From assembly GCA_043228905.1 (NCBI GenBank), contig JBHGNT010000013.1, forward strand, positions 17,174,001 to 17,238,000: a stretch of 64,000 bases of DNA, in the 5' to 3' direction. Each line of letters begins with the position of its first letter. Within the stretch, counting starts at the first letter, position 1. Of the stretch, positions 1-13,731 are shown one piece after another. This DNA is from Azolla caroliniana. Its lineage: Eukaryota; Plantae; Polypodiophyta. A model generated the notes under the pieces. It was given only the letters and a program-made list of their open reading frames with translations, ran no database searches and had not been told where the DNA came from. Made by a program: the position numbers and the translations under genes.

Positions 1-3000
1 GAAAGAAAATAATAAACACAAAGCATTGGGGTCCATTCCACTCAATATTCTAAACACGAGGAACATTAAGTCTTGACTCACTATAAATTAAGCCTTCCTC
101 ATATATACCCTTGCATCTAATCAATCTATACTTTTCAAAGTTACTAATTGTGGGTGATATGATTTTTATGAGCTACTTCCGGCTACATTCTTTTGATTAA
201 TAACACAATGGTAAATTCGAAAACAATTAAGTAGATTCTCCCCTACTCCCCAAACGGTTTAGGAATCGGCAATAGCTTGGCTCGAGCCTAAACCGAACAA
301 TTACGGCTTAATCGGCTTGGCTAAACTGGTTCCTAAACTGAACCATTGCCAACTCGTAAGTGTGATGTTTCTCTTTCACATATTATTTGTTGGATGTATA
401 AATGGTGGGTTTTCATTCACATGGAGCACGCATGCATGCATATATACCAATGTTACAAAGATATTTATATTCGTACATGCATAAAGTCATCCATGCACAA
501 CATGACAATGAACTATAAACATCATATTTAGTTCATCGGTAGCAATGGGATGTGAGAGAGAGATCATTTTGAATCCTAAATAAGGAGATTCCTAAATTTC
601 ACAAGATATTGTGTAGCTTTCTTTGAGTTTGGGTCATATACTCTTTTTTATTGAAAATCCTCCCAAGGACCATAGTTTTACCATCATCTTCAAGTAGTGT
701 AGGGCCACTTGTGACGCTATTTATTTGAATTGTTCCTTTTTTGTTTGTACTAATTGAAAGGCATTATCATTGATAATGTGAAACGTATGAGAGGACCTAT
801 ACGATTTCGATGCCAACAACAACATGGGATACACAAGTAAACATAATTACCAATGGTGTTCATTCTTATAGGCATGCTACTAATAGCAAGATTACAAGTG
901 TTTTCTGCATCACTTATGCTTACTTGGAACAAAACGTTGAGCAATTGTTAAAGTACTCATGACAAACTCAAAGGGATAACTTTGTGCATTCAAAATCTTT
1001 GGGTATGTCGCATGTGCTTAATCATTTATGTAATAATTTATAAATACAAACAAAATTGCATTACGAATGTGTATTGTCATGGAATTCACATAAAATTGTG
1101 CTTGGCTCTAGAAACAAGTCTTTGTAAACAAATAAATTTTAAGAGTTTGCAATTGTTTCACACTCATTGAACTACAGTCAACAACCTCATCTTTATGTTA
1201 CATAGATTTGTAGTTATGCTATGATACAGTCAACACACTTAGATTTACAAGGTGCCTATTAAGTTTACATATGGCTAAAAACAATTGATGTTATTGTCCT
1301 GAAAGAGGATCATTTGATAATCCATTGGATCCATGACCAACCCCCCAACAAAGGGCTTGATAATGTCCATGTCTATGATATGTGAAGTTATGAGCAAGTA
1401 AGAGACACCTTGTTCTACCATACATGACCAAAAGAAGTGCACCATTATGAAATAAAGATGGTCAATTTAGATCACCCAAATTGTTATGGCCCCTCATATA
1501 TATAACCATAGTTAGTCCATTGTTGTTCATTTGGTTGTGGATTATAGACTATGATCTATGAGTCAAAATTATACTTTATGATTGATGAATCATAATTTTT
1601 TGTTATGAATTATGGTTATAGATCATGGTTTCATGAATTATCATTAGAATTTAGCATATGTGTTATGTTTTAAAATTCCCCTTATATGTTCATTCTTTTG
1701 GCTATTAAGAAGCAAGTATGCTATAAGAATTACACTATAAGAAACTAAGGGTTTTTATATTGATGATAAAATCAATTAATGTCTATTTATATATGGTTGC
1801 CAAAAACATAACAATGGAATACACCATAGCATTTGTGAGTGTTATAATAGTAAGGATAGTAAATATTTTAGTAGGATTGACTCATACAAAGATGCCATCA
1901 ACATATGTATCAATACAACTTGCAACACTTACAAAGCTACCACCGTCAATTTACAAATTGTTCTGGATATTTACAAATGGTCAAACAAGTTGATGTTTAG
2001 TGCCCCTAAATGGAATTGTTTGATAATCAATAGATCCACGAATGGATAACTCAATGACATTTATACCATATCTATGATAAGAAGATAAACACGCATAACA
2101 CAGACTTAGTAGGGGAAGAAGCATGGTGCTCCTACTTTGGACAATTTAATACATCTGACACATGAGGCTTACTAAATTTAGGAACTTGTCGTAATGTAGT
2201 GTAGTTTACTCAAGTATTACAATTCAAGATTCCTTTGGCTCCGTGAAAAATCCAAAATTTCTATTGTGGGGTTAGTTGCACTAACTTACCCTATATTTAT
2301 AGGGATTTAAAAGTGTTAAAACTGATTCTAGAATTTATGCAAAGTCAATTTTTCCCTGTTTACATAGTCGGATTGGATTCACAATCATGTTTCATTAGAA
2401 AGGGGTGTGCTCATGGTAGAAAACAATTGTAGAATAAAAAGTAAATTCTTTTTTGGGTCTACAAAAGCATTGTTAAGTTGTTACTAGCAATGCATGCACT
2501 CCACCCAACAATAATCCGCACTATCATCGAGAGAGATTTAATTGTGGCTACAACTATGGAGGACGAGACATCATCCTCATTGTCATCATGACATGACAAT
2601 GGGTATGGAGGAGAAGAACTCATTGTCTTCTTCGTTGGGATATCTATATATGATTTATGGCTATGGGACATGGGTCCCAACAATCCAAATGTCGACCTAA
2701 AAGTGGAATAGGTAAGTTAGATATCTTCACTAGAGCTTCCAATCCAAGTGGAAAAGTTGCATGAGTCTTCTCACACTCTGACATTAACTTCCATATAGTT
2801 TCTTATCTAATTTAGATGATGATGATGATGATGATGCGTCAAGACTTACCCCTAAAATTTTAGAAGATTTATTTATTGATCTATTCTCCTTTCCTTGGTT
2901 TCAAGTGATGTTTCTCCTTCCTCGTGTTCCTTTCCAATGGACCCATTTTTTATCCTTCTTGAAGTGTAGCAATTGTTATCAAAGCACCGTACACATTCGC

Positions 3001-3393
3001 TAGGTATATATCCTGATCCTTTCCGGTCCGCGTTCGCACTTTTTTGAAGTTCATTCTATCAATTATGCTTCAACTTTCCAAAAGGCCCTGCTAGGAACAT
3101 CCATAATGCAACCACTAGTTTCACAAAGCTCAATAGAAACTAACAAAACAAAATAATAGATAGATATCTTTTTAATATCCATAGAAAACATATTGTGATT
3201 TATAAGACAGGGCCTAGCCCATGGCAAAGACAAAGTTAGAACTTGGGTTCTCTCATATTTTTGTGACAAATGCAGACAAAAAGAGTAGGACAAACCCATC
3301 AAATTGACAAGGATTGGGATCCAACATATAGGCATACAAGATACATCAATACTACAAAGAACTCCTTCCGATGAATGAATGCCCCATGAGAAG

Positions 3394-3718
3394 TGTTGAG
3401 AGTCGAACACAACTTCCCTTAGATAGGTTTCACACTAGCCCATGGACATGTTGGGCTAGTTTTGTAAATAATAGAAAGGGCACTTGCCCTAGCTTAGTTG
3501 GTATATAAACCAACACATTGTAACTTAGTTGTTGTTGGATGTTTTATGTTTTGATACAGTTTATCTATCTCTATCATAAGAGCTCTCTCTCACTCACTCA
3601 CTCACACACTCTCTCTCTCTCACTCTCTTTATCTCTATCTCTATCTTGAGAGACACACACACTCACTCACTCATCTTCCGTTGCATTACAACCAATCTTG
3701 CCTCCTCATTTCTTTACA
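3394..3718 (+). repeat. 5' LTR of copia element (325 bp)
   Basis: Starts TGTTGAGAG and ends TTTACA. Contains TATATAAA and a CT/CA microsatellite. About 11 substitutions versus the 3' LTR outside the microsatellite (manual count). Confidence 0.95.
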
Positions 3719-3730
3719 TGGTATCAAAGC
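3719..3730 (+). promoter_or_regulatory. Primer-binding site (tRNA-iMet type)
   Basis: TGGTATCAAAGC, one mismatch from canonical TGGTATCAGAGC, abutting the LTR end. Confidence 0.9.
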
Positions 3731-3831
3731 GTGAGGTTGCCTGATCAAGCTTATTCGATTGTGTTGTGTTGCACGCCGATGATCAACAGAACCGGCCCAT
3801 TGACAGAGAAGAAATCACCATCAATACTCAA

Positions 3832-6800
3832 ATGGGAAGCACTCTTCCTACCGAGAAGCTTGACAGAACGAACTTTGCATCTTGGGAATACAAGATGCAT
3901 CAATACCTTGTCGGACAAGGCTACTAGAGCTACATCGAAGGAGCTCACGAATCACACCCCAACCCAACACACGCTGACTATCTCGCTTGGGAGCAGGCCG
4001 CAAGCCGTGTGTTGTATTGCCTTGCATCATGCATTCATGATCATATGCTTGGCTACATTCGAGAGGCAAAAACGTTGAAGCGGGCGTGGGAAAACCTCAA
4101 GAAGATCTTCGCAGCCAATACGGCCACACAAAAGCTCCAACTTCGATAGGAGCTGAACAACCTTCAACAAAGAGACATGTCAATCGGCAACTACACCTTT
4201 TAGATCAAGGAGTTGTGTGATGCCCTTGGATCGATCAATGTTAGCATTGACGACGAAGAAATGGTACAGATATGCCTCGGTGGCTTGGCACCGTGATTTG
4301 GCGCAATAAGATCGGATGTTCTCGCGAGAGAGAATCCTCCCTCCTTTTTTGATCTCCAATCATTGTTGCTAGTCGAAGAGACTCACGTGCGTCAAAGGAA
4401 CAACGTGCATGACGGACAAATGCTATATTCGAACTTCGATGGAGGAAGAGGACAAAGCCACGGAAGGAGAGGTTGATTCGGCCAAGGCCGACACAACCAT
4501 GAGCGTAACTCCCACCAATGGCAAGCAGACAGAAACGGCCCCAGAGAGTTCGGCAGAAGGGGGAGTCATCACGTCGAACCAAGAAACCGTAGGAACCCAG
4601 TTGAGTGCGGGTACTACAGAAAACCCGGCCATTACAAAGAGGAATGTCAGAAGAAGAAGCGTGAGCAAGGCCGACAACTGACAAATTACACCACGAACTC
4701 CGATTGCGGCGACCACGGCGAAATGTTCATAATGAAGCACGAAGCGCACTCAATGTTCGCAATTGCGTCAACTACCGCTTCCACTCCAAACAGCGTATGG
4801 TTTGTCGATTCGGGAGCCTCCAATCACATGACGTCCCATGAAGATTGGTTTCGGGAACTTCGGAAGCCTGAACATCCCGAATATGTTGAAACAGGAGATG
4901 ACATGACTCACCCCATACAACATATCGGGAACGTCCCATTTGGAAACGATGACAAAAAATCCTACCTCAAGAACGTGCTGCATGTCCCCACCATTACGAA
5001 AAACCTGGTCTCAGTCGATCAGATTGTCGAACAAGGAATGCAACTACGCTTCAATAATGACAGATGCTTCATCGAAAAAGGCGATCAAGTCATAGCTCAC
5101 AGCCGACGAGAAGGCCGCATGTTCATCCTCGAATCGAGCGAGGTAAAGTCGGTCATGTATGCAAAGGGCCAGAAAGTCGAAACCGACTTAAAACTGTGGC
5201 ACAAGAGAATTGGCCACATTAATCTCCAGAAGCTACAAAACATGCAATTGAAAGGAGTCATAATCGGACTCCCGAACTTCACGACAAAGGAGATTACATG
5301 CGTATGTGAAGCATGTCATTTCAGAAAGCAACTTTGTCACCCATTTCCTAAAGAGTGGAATGTGAGCGAAGGAATCCTGGATGTCGTACATTCAGATGTG
5401 TGGGGACCAGCCCAGACAGCAACATTCGGTGGATGCTGATACTATATCACGTTCATCGACGACTTCTCTAGGAACACCTAGATCTATCCGATGAAGCAGA
5501 AGAGTGAAGTGTTCAGGCACTTCCAAACATTCAAAGCCGAAGTCGAAAAAACTACGGGACGACATGTACGTTGTCTTCGATCAAATGGAGGCAAAGAATA
5601 TTTTTCGGATGAATTTTCAGCGTATCTCTGAAAAGAAGGAATCCGACGAGAGTTCTCGGGTCGACACACGCCTCAGCAAAACGGTGTAGCAGAGTGTAAA
5701 AATCACCATGTAGTAGAAGTCGCACGAGCCATGATAAACGAGAAGAACCTGCCGAAATCATATTGGGCAGAAGCGGCAAATACGGTCGTATATCTCATGA
5801 ATAGGTGCACAACCTCGGGAGTACACGATATAACTCTACATGAGAAGTTCTTCGGAAAGAAGTCGGATTTGTCACATGTCCGCATTTTCGGTTCTATCGC
5901 CTACGTACATATTCTTGACGATACGCGACAAAAGCTTGACCCAAAGTCAGAGAAATGTATCCTCGTAGGATACTCACTCGAACAGAAGGGGTAAAAATGC
6001 TACAACCCATCTACCCGTAAGGTTCGAACAAGTCGAGACGTAGTCTTCGACGAATACACATCCTGGTACGCACCAAAGAACACTTCGACTCCAAACCCGC
6101 TTGACGCGGATGACACTGAAATAGAAATAGAAGTTGAGGATCGGCTCACACAGATGTTAGAAGACAACCCAATTACGACACGGCTGAGTGGGCCATCAGA
6201 GCCACCGAGCAATGAAAGCACATCTTAGCCGAGTCCAAAGTTGGACAAAGGGAAGGCGAAAATGTGGGAATATGAAGATCAGGAAGAGATTGTGATGCTT
6301 CACTCTCTTGACAGTGAATTTGAAGATCTCGACATCCGCATAGATGGAGAGAAGAAAGCCATACTCCCCACGGATTGCGAGCTATGTCGATCCACACATG
6401 AAAAGAACCCTGTAAACCGCTACGGCTACGATGAGTACATGGCGTATCACTACGCATTTATGATGAAAGTAGCGTCAATACGAGAACCGGAAACTCTTTC
6501 TGAAGCCACAAAAGATCCGCGATGGGTCGACGGGATGAATGAGGAGATGGAAGCTTTATGCGAAAACGAGACAAGAAAGCAATTGGCTGCAAATGGATAT
6601 ACAAAGTAAAATACAATGCCAACGGATTCGTAAATCGCTTCAAAGCACGGCTCGTTGCGAAAGGCTACGTGCAAATGCACGACATAGACTTCGAAGAAAC
6701 CTTTGCCCCAGTGGCAAAGATGACAACTATACAGACAGTAATTGCACTCGCCACAACGAAGGGATGACATCTCCACCAGATGGACGTGAAAAATGCTTTC

Positions 6801-8059
6801 CTCCAAGGAGAGTTAGAAGAAGAGGTGTACATGATACAACCACCCGAATTCGAATCGCGTAAACATCCGCACATAGTATGCCAACTCAAGAAGCCACTCT
6901 ACGGCCTCAAACAAGCACTGCGTGCTTGGCATTCGAAGATCACGCAGTATCTTCATCAAGTCAGATTTCGGATGTCAAAATCTAATACTTCTCTGTACAT
7001 CCGAAATGAGTCGGATAGCCCGATCATCATCATCCTATACGTGGATGACTTGGTCATCGGAGGAAAGGATCTCGCCGAGATCAACAAAGTCAAAACACTT
7101 CTCTCCGGCAGATTCGAAATGAAAGACCTGCACAAACTCCATTACTTCCTAGGCATTGAAGTAATTCGAACACCAGTCGGGATAATGATCTAACAACGAC
7201 ACTACATCCTTAACTTACTCTACAAGTTCGGAATGACCGAGTGTAAGCCTGTGTCTACCCCTCTCGATCGTAACCTAAAGATTGATGCCAATTCCGAAAC
7301 CGCTGAGAGCGAGCCGACTCAATATCGACAACTGATTAGTAGTTTGATCTATCTAACCATTACGCGACCCGACCTCAGTTATTCAATCGGCCTACTTAGC
7401 CAATTCATGTAGAATCCGCGAAACCTTCATCTTGATTGTGCTAAGAGGATACTACGGTATGTCAGTACGACAATGGCCTACGGCATCATGTATAAGTCGA
7501 ACACGACTATTGGACTCGAAGGGTACATCGACGTGGACTGGGTAGGCTATAAAGCAGATAGACGATCCACCTCCGAGTTTGTCTTCTCCCTTGGCAGTGG
7601 AGCAATCTCCTGGAGCAGCAAGAAATAGCCGACAGTCGCACTGTCGAGCACGGAAGCTGAATATAGGGGCGCAATAGTCGCCACATGCGAAGCCGTATGG
7701 CTTAAACGTATACTAAAGGATCTAGGCATTCCCATCAACAATCCAATTTGTCTCTACTGCGACAACATGAGCAATATCTACCTGGCGCGGAACCCGTCTT
7801 TCACACGCGGACTAAACATATCGAAGTACATTACCACTTCGTCCGCGAGCGCGTACAAGCTGGCGAGATCGATCTACAACATACCAGTACGCACCTCCAA
7901 GTTCTTGATATATTTACGAAGGCCTTAGGAGTCGACAAGCTCAGGCAATTTGCATCGGACCTTGGTCTCATGTCATCTACATTGCCGAACTTGAGGGGGA
8001 GTACAGGTACAGGCGACATGGAAGCAATACGCAACGATACGCAACACATACGCAATTGA
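3832..8059 (+). pseudogene. Disrupted copia gag-pol polyprotein
   Basis: ATG at 3832 (MGSTLPTEKLDRTNFASWEY). Zinc-knuckle remnant CGYYRKPGHYKEEC, protease WFVDSGASNHMT, LWHKRIGH, integrase HSDVWGP and TPQQNGVAE, RT MDVKNAFLQG and LYVDDL, RNase H RTKHIEVHYHFVRE. Many in-frame stops, a deletion with frameshift near 6572 and a frameshift near 7793. Confidence 0.95.
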
Positions 8060-8153
8060 TCAAGTATGCGAGTACGCAACACAGCCGACTAGACAAGTCG
8101 AAGTACGAACCGAACAACCTTCTCGACAAATAGAAGTTGTGCTCAAAGGGGTG

Positions 8154-8450
8154 TGTTGAGAGTCGAACACAACTTCCCTTAGATAGGTTTCACACTAGCT
8201 CATGGACATGTGGGGCTAGTTTTGTAAAGAATAGAAAGGGCACTTGCCCTAGCTTAGTTGGTATATAAACCAATGCATTGTAACTTAGTTGTTGTTTGAT
8301 GTTTTATGTTTTGATACAGTTTATCTATCGCTATCGTAAGAGCTCTCTCTCTCTCTCACTCTCTCTCTCTATCTTGAGACACACACTCACTCACTCACTC
8401 ACTCATCTTCCGCTACATTACAACCACTCTTGCCTCCTCATTTCTTTACA
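8154..8450 (+). repeat. 3' LTR of copia element (297 bp)
   Basis: Direct repeat of 3394-3718, preceded by AAAGGGGTG and followed by the TSD AGAAG. Confidence 0.95.
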
Positions 8451-8456
8451 AGAAGA

Positions 8457-8556
8457 NNNNNNNNNNNNNNNNNNNNNNNNNNNNNNNNNNNNNNNNNNNN
8501 NNNNNNNNNNNNNNNNNNNNNNNNNNNNNNNNNNNNNNNNNNNNNNNNNNNNNNNN
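8457..8556. other. Assembly gap (100 N)
   Basis: Run of exactly 100 N, which suggests a placeholder gap of unknown true size. Confidence 0.99.
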
Positions 8557-8730
8557 AAGCAAGTGGAAATTTTTTCCTCATTGGAGTTTTCGTCTTGCCT
8601 ATTGGCAATTCAACATGTTCCACTACCCATATAGTGTAGCTAGTGGGTAACCATACTCCATTGTCACACCCATTGTAAGTAGTGTTTTTTACACACATTT
8701 ATTTATATAATTGTGTGTTTTCACCACACA

Positions 8731-8747
8731 CAGAGAGACAGACAGAT

Positions 8748-8823
<76 letters not shown>
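8731..8823. repeat. Compound (GA)n-(GT)n microsatellite
   Basis: Visible directly in the sequence. Confidence 0.95.
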
Positions 8824-8824
<1 letters not shown>

Positions 8825-10333
8825 CACAAGGAGCCTCATATGCTACTTATGACAGTTTGTGGGAGGCTATTTGTGCAAGGATTTCAAAGAATGGCTTGGT
8901 AAGTGTGGGTTGTAATGAAACAGGGAATTTAACAAGTCATCACCTCTAGCTAACAGTCAATCCTTATTGTTTTAGTGGTCAATAACACAAAGTTTCTCAT
9001 AACCCCTAGGCATAAATTGTATTCCAACAAAAGTGGGTGTGTAACAAGTTTCCAATCCATGTCATTGGGCGACTATACATTTGGTTAACCAAACCACCAA
9101 TCACTTTTTTGATATCTTGTTTGTCTTCCAATGTGCCTCTCTTACACTAGTTTCCAAACAATGTAGGTGGATGAGTGACACATGAGACATTACAATAATA
9201 TGAAGTGTACAACTTGTAACACTTACAAAGTGATCACAATTCCAATTTACATATTGTGCATGTAAATTAGACAATGAGTGAACCATTTGACTTTACCATC
9301 CTTAAAAGGAATCTTTTGTTAGTCATTTACGCATGATTTTAGAGTATATACATAAAATTATAAAAATTAAACGAGTTTATTCAAATGTAAGTGCTCTAAC
9401 AAAAAAGATAGTAGAAATGTTTTTAGAGGTTGAGTCATATGGAGGCACTAAATATAGATTTATACAATTTGCAATACTTACAAAGTTATCTCGATATGAA
9501 AGTGACGAGTTGGACATTCTCTTCCCCACTCCAATTGCAAAATTACCTTCCCCTATACGTAATCCATGTCTCTTTAAGTCGGTTGCTATGATGATGATGA
9601 TTGTGATGTTTTGTCTACGTTGATCAGATTGCATAAATCAATTATTTGAGATTTTGAGTTCTTTTTGTGTTGAATTTCTTTGAGTATTTGTTTCTAGATG
9701 CGTGAACCGATAAAATGGTTAAAATGTTATTTTGAACTTGATTTTTTTTACTTGCATAGAGTTTTGATACATTTGTAAGAAGAGTATATTTTCTATTCTA
9801 AAAAGAGTCATTTCTAAACCCAAACATTGAAATTAGATTATAAGCCAAATAGGTTTTGTAGATTACTTCAAATGGAGGAAAAAAATGGTAATAAGTAAAC
9901 ACATTGGGTTAGGGCTGCTCTAGATATTAGCGCATTTAAAGGTTTTTGCGAGGTCAATGTATATCCATTTGAACAATGGCCACCTAATATACTTGACTGG
10001 TTACCATGTACATTATGAATTGGCGTGACATTGCCAACACAACATATTTATATATTGGAAAAATTCACTGCAAGGTGGTGAAATTCTTCACCTAGACGGA
10101 GGTTGATTGAAACTTCAAGACTTCCACCAAGTCTGCAATTGAAACTCATTAATATGTCCTCCATACGTTTGAAGCTCTTTTCTGTTGGAGGGAGGATCTC
10201 TCTAGCTTTTGGGACAACTATGACTATAAGCTCCAATACCCCCCCCCCCCCCCCCCCCCTCTCCCTTGATTATGGAATACAAGAATATATGTGCAACACA
10301 CAATATCATATCATATGTCCACTAGGTCTAGCA

Positions 10334-11137
10334 TTTGACACACAACATTTTGATAGATCCTTCTCTCCACATTTTCTAGATGCACTTGTTACCCTTGCTC
10401 ATGGGCATGCTAATCTTATTTGTATTGTCACAATTTTATCATATGTATTTGGCTAGAGTGTGCTCTTTCCCAAATGTAAATGGCAAACAGACTCTGCATG
10501 TATAAGTCATTAAGATAATGAACCCTTTTGAAGTTGTTGCATTTGAAATGAGTTTTTTTATTCAAATGGAGATGTTAAATATACTTGACAAAAGAAAATT
10601 GTATCAACACTTTGACACACAACATTTTGATAGATCCTTCTCTCCACATTTTCTAGATGCACTTGTTACCCTTGCTCATGGGCATGCTAATCTTATTTGT
10701 ATTGTCAAAATTTTATCATATGTATTTGGCTAGAGTGTGCTCTTTCCCAAATGTAAATGGCAAACAGACTCTGCATGTATAAGTCATTAAGATAATGAAC
10801 CCTTTTGAAGTTGTTGCATTTGAAATGAGTTTTTTTATTCAAATGGAGATGTTAAATATACTTGACAAAAGAAAATTGTATCAACACTTTGACACACAAC
10901 ATTTTGATAGATCCTTCTCTCCACATTTTCTAGATGCACTTGTTACCCTTGCTCATATCCTAATCTTATTTGTATTGTCACAATTTTATCATATGTATTT
11001 GGCTAGAGTGGACTCTCTCCCAAATTTACATAAGTGGCAAACTGACTATGCATGTATAAGTCATTAAGACAATGAACCTTTTTGAAGCTTTTGCATTTGA
11101 AATGAGTTTTTTTATTCAAATGGACATGTTAAATATA
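10334..11137. repeat. 277-bp tandem repeat, about 2.9 copies
   Basis: TTTGACACACAACATTTTGATAGATCC recurs at 10334, 10611 and 10888. Copies 1 and 2 are near-identical; copy 3 is more diverged. Confidence 0.93.
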
Positions 11138-11937
11138 CGAAGTAAAGTTAATAGACGATTGTATCCAACAATCCTCAAAAAACTCTATACATAGTCAGAT
11201 TTCTCCATCCAATCCCTGACTGCATCATAAATCATCCATTGATATCTTACACATTAAGAGTTGATATCAACCAAATTTGTAGGAAAATTATACATATGTC
11301 TCTTTTAGTAGACAAGACTTTCATCATATAAATGCATTTCAATTACTGAAAACATGTGAGCACAAATCGGACATGTCTAAGTACACCTTTCAAATCAATT
11401 GTTACAAAGAGTGTTTACACAGTCATGCCATTAAATGTTGCATGAATTGGACTTTTTCTTAAATGCACTGAGAAAGAACCCAAAAAACTAATATTGATCA
11501 CCAACATATTGACCAAAGAATTATATGTTGCAATTATAATGTACATCGACGTGTTTGTTAACATTGCCTCACATAAAGTTGCTTGTTACAAAGAGAATTT
11601 ATAGATCCAAATTTAAGGAGAAACTATCACGAGCCATGCTCTTGAACCTTTGGATAGTGAAATGTGAAGTTGTAAAAACATATTTGAAGGAGAAATACCA
11701 ACTTTTCATGTTTGGAGATTGTGAAAAGTGAATTTGTAAAGCCTACAATGACGTTGTAAAGTCATTTCTCAAGGACAACCATCGCTTTGTATGCCCAAGG
11801 ATAAGATAAAACCCATGAAGGACTCGTGCAAACATGTGAAGTGTAGCCCAACCAAAAGGAACTTTTTAGGTTTGAGCCTTTGATGAAAGGTTAGAAATCT
11901 TGTGGTTTACCACTTACCCAAAACCCGTATTGAATTC

Positions 11938-11942
<5 letters not shown>

Positions 11943-11989
<47 letters not shown>
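11943..11989. repeat. (CT)n microsatellite
   Basis: Visible directly; a (CA)n tract follows at about 12171-12211. Confidence 0.95.
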
Positions 11990-11991
<2 letters not shown>

Positions 11992-12080
11992 GAAAATTGC
12001 ATATTTTCATAAGAGATCACCTACATTCCATAGTGGCATCTCATAAATTAAGAAAAATATGTATGGCGTAATAAAGATAT

Positions 12081-12145
12081 GTGAAAGTTGAGCTTGACCC
12101 CAAGGCTTAAGACTATTAGTCTAACGACTTACCACTACTAAGCAA
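12081..12145 (-). mobile_element. tRNA-derived SINE-like head remnant
   Basis: Minus strand TTGCTTAGTAGTGGTAAGTCG...CTTGGGGTCAAGCTC has degenerate A and B boxes. It shares TAGTGGTAAGTCG with the copy at 52768. Confidence 0.45.
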
Positions 12146-12168
12146 TGTTAATTACAAAAGACACATGT

Positions 12169-12213
<45 letters not shown>

Positions 12214-12429
12214 AAAAAAGAATACAATAAAGTAAAATAGATATTTATCACCCATCATGAGGCCAATTTTGACCAATGGGACCAAATCAACATATCATCT
12301 TGTATGTTACTCCTTACAAAGTGTTTACTACACATTTTTACTTCTCCATAGTAAAAAACCTGAAAGTTCGTTGAAACCAGACCTACAGTCCGGCGGTGGG
12401 GTCTACAACTTCAGGCAACATCAACTCTC

Positions 12430-12680
12430 GATTTGAAAATAATGAACATACATATGTGCTCACCCTTCTTGGTGAAAATTTGAGTATACTCACACTATCA
12501 TGTCCCTCTAACAAGTCAGCATATTTCTCGCGAATTACCTTATACGTTGAGCATGCGATAAGTAAGTGATATTCATCCTTCACTAGGTTTTCATTGCATA
12601 TCTTCATGTTTGCATGATGATTCCATTTTATGCTACTCGAACACCTGACTTGTGTGAGCAAGTTTGAAGAAGTATTGAAG
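12430..12680 (-). mobile_element. Non-LTR retrotransposon 3' fragment (RTE-X-like C-terminal Cys/His motif)
   Basis: ICNENLVKDEYHLLIACSTYKVIREKY matches the C..E.E.H.L..C..Y..IR..Y terminal motif of RTE-X/L2-type ORF2. No RT core is present. Confidence 0.55.
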
Positions 12681-12880
12681 GCTCTCCGAAAGCCAAGACT
12701 TGTGGGGGGTAGTGAAATGCGATTGGACACATTTTTGTTGGAGTTTTGGCATGGCATACAATAAACATTAAATTTGGAAAATGGTGTTTGTCTCTCCCCC
12801 ACATCTAGTGTACTCTAGGATTCATAGGCCACCTCATCCCAAGCTTTGCAAGACCTTGCAACATGTAATTATCAACAATG

Positions 12881-13731
12881 TTTTTTTTTTTTTTTTTTTT
12901 CCAAAAAAAGATACTACATTAGTATTAGAAAACCGCCATAAGGCTAAACATACAAGCTATACCGATCCCCTATATTTTTCTAAAGTCTAACCATTGGCTT
13001 GAATAAACACTTTGGTGTTGAGTAGAACCACTCCACCTTACCAAAATACCGTCTATAAAATATACCTATGTCCCAAATGGCATGAAACTCCACCCGCCTA
13101 AGCTCCGCTTGATGCGTATTACCTTTTATACCATCCAAAATCCCTCTAAGATTATGTACAATCTCTATCCAAATTCCGGAGATTATTTGAGCAGGTCTTT
13201 CAGTCATATTTTGAAATACCTTCAAACATCGAGCCTTCCAAATATACCAAATTGTAATACTGCTTACCAATTGCCATATTTGAGGTTTATCAGTTTGTAT
13301 TTGTGGATTCGGAGGGATCAAAATTTTTTCCATCATACCATGCCTCACCATAATAGCATCCGCAACCTCCTCATGTTCATATTCCATCGGTTTATCATGT
13401 ACCGCTGCCCATAATACTGCACCCCATGTGTACACTGCTCTAGGATATATTGGAATTAAAAATTTTATAATTTGTTTCCATATATCCATAGCAAAACCAC
13501 AACTCCACAAACAATGTTTAGCAGTCTCTATTACATCTGTACAAAAAGGACACGTGTTGTCTACATTTCCTTTTCGCCACCCATTAACTGGTATAGCATT
13601 ATGAACCAACAACCATCGAAAACCAACAATTTTCCTACTCATCTTTATACCCCATAACCATTTCCAAAATTGTTTAAGATGTTGTGGAGAAAGTTCATTT
13701 CGTCTCCAAACAATATTTGCAGTTGGTTCTT
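12881..13731 (-). mobile_element. 5'-truncated L1-clade LINE insertion (zf-RVT region) with poly(A) and TSD
   Basis: Open frame FWKWLW..RWLLVHNAIP..CPFC..ETAKHCLWSC (zf-RVT). T20 run at 12881-12900 is the poly(A) of the minus-strand element. TSD TTATCAACAATG(TTTTT) at 12869 and 13732. Confidence 0.9.

Larger units (their letters stand above)
3394..8450 (+). mobile_element. Full-length, inactivated Ty1/copia LTR retrotransposon
   Basis: Two LTRs, both TG...CA (3394-3718 and 8154-8450). Identical 5-bp TSD AGAAG at 3389-3393 and 8451-8455. PBS TGGTATCAAAGC directly after the 5' LTR and a purine tract before the 3' LTR. Internal order gag-PR-IN-RT-RH is the copia order. Confidence 0.97.

Noticed and set aside
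250-355. AAACCG/CGGTTT-rich short inverted repeats (MITE end?)
   Set aside because: No matching second terminus or TSD in the window.
1120-2130. Weakly self-similar, possibly retroelement-derived segments
   Set aside because: No recognisable protein motif or termini could be supported.
4409-4749. Overlapping 90-108-aa ORFs inside the copia element
   Set aside because: Alternative frames of the GC-rich gag region; no independent evidence.
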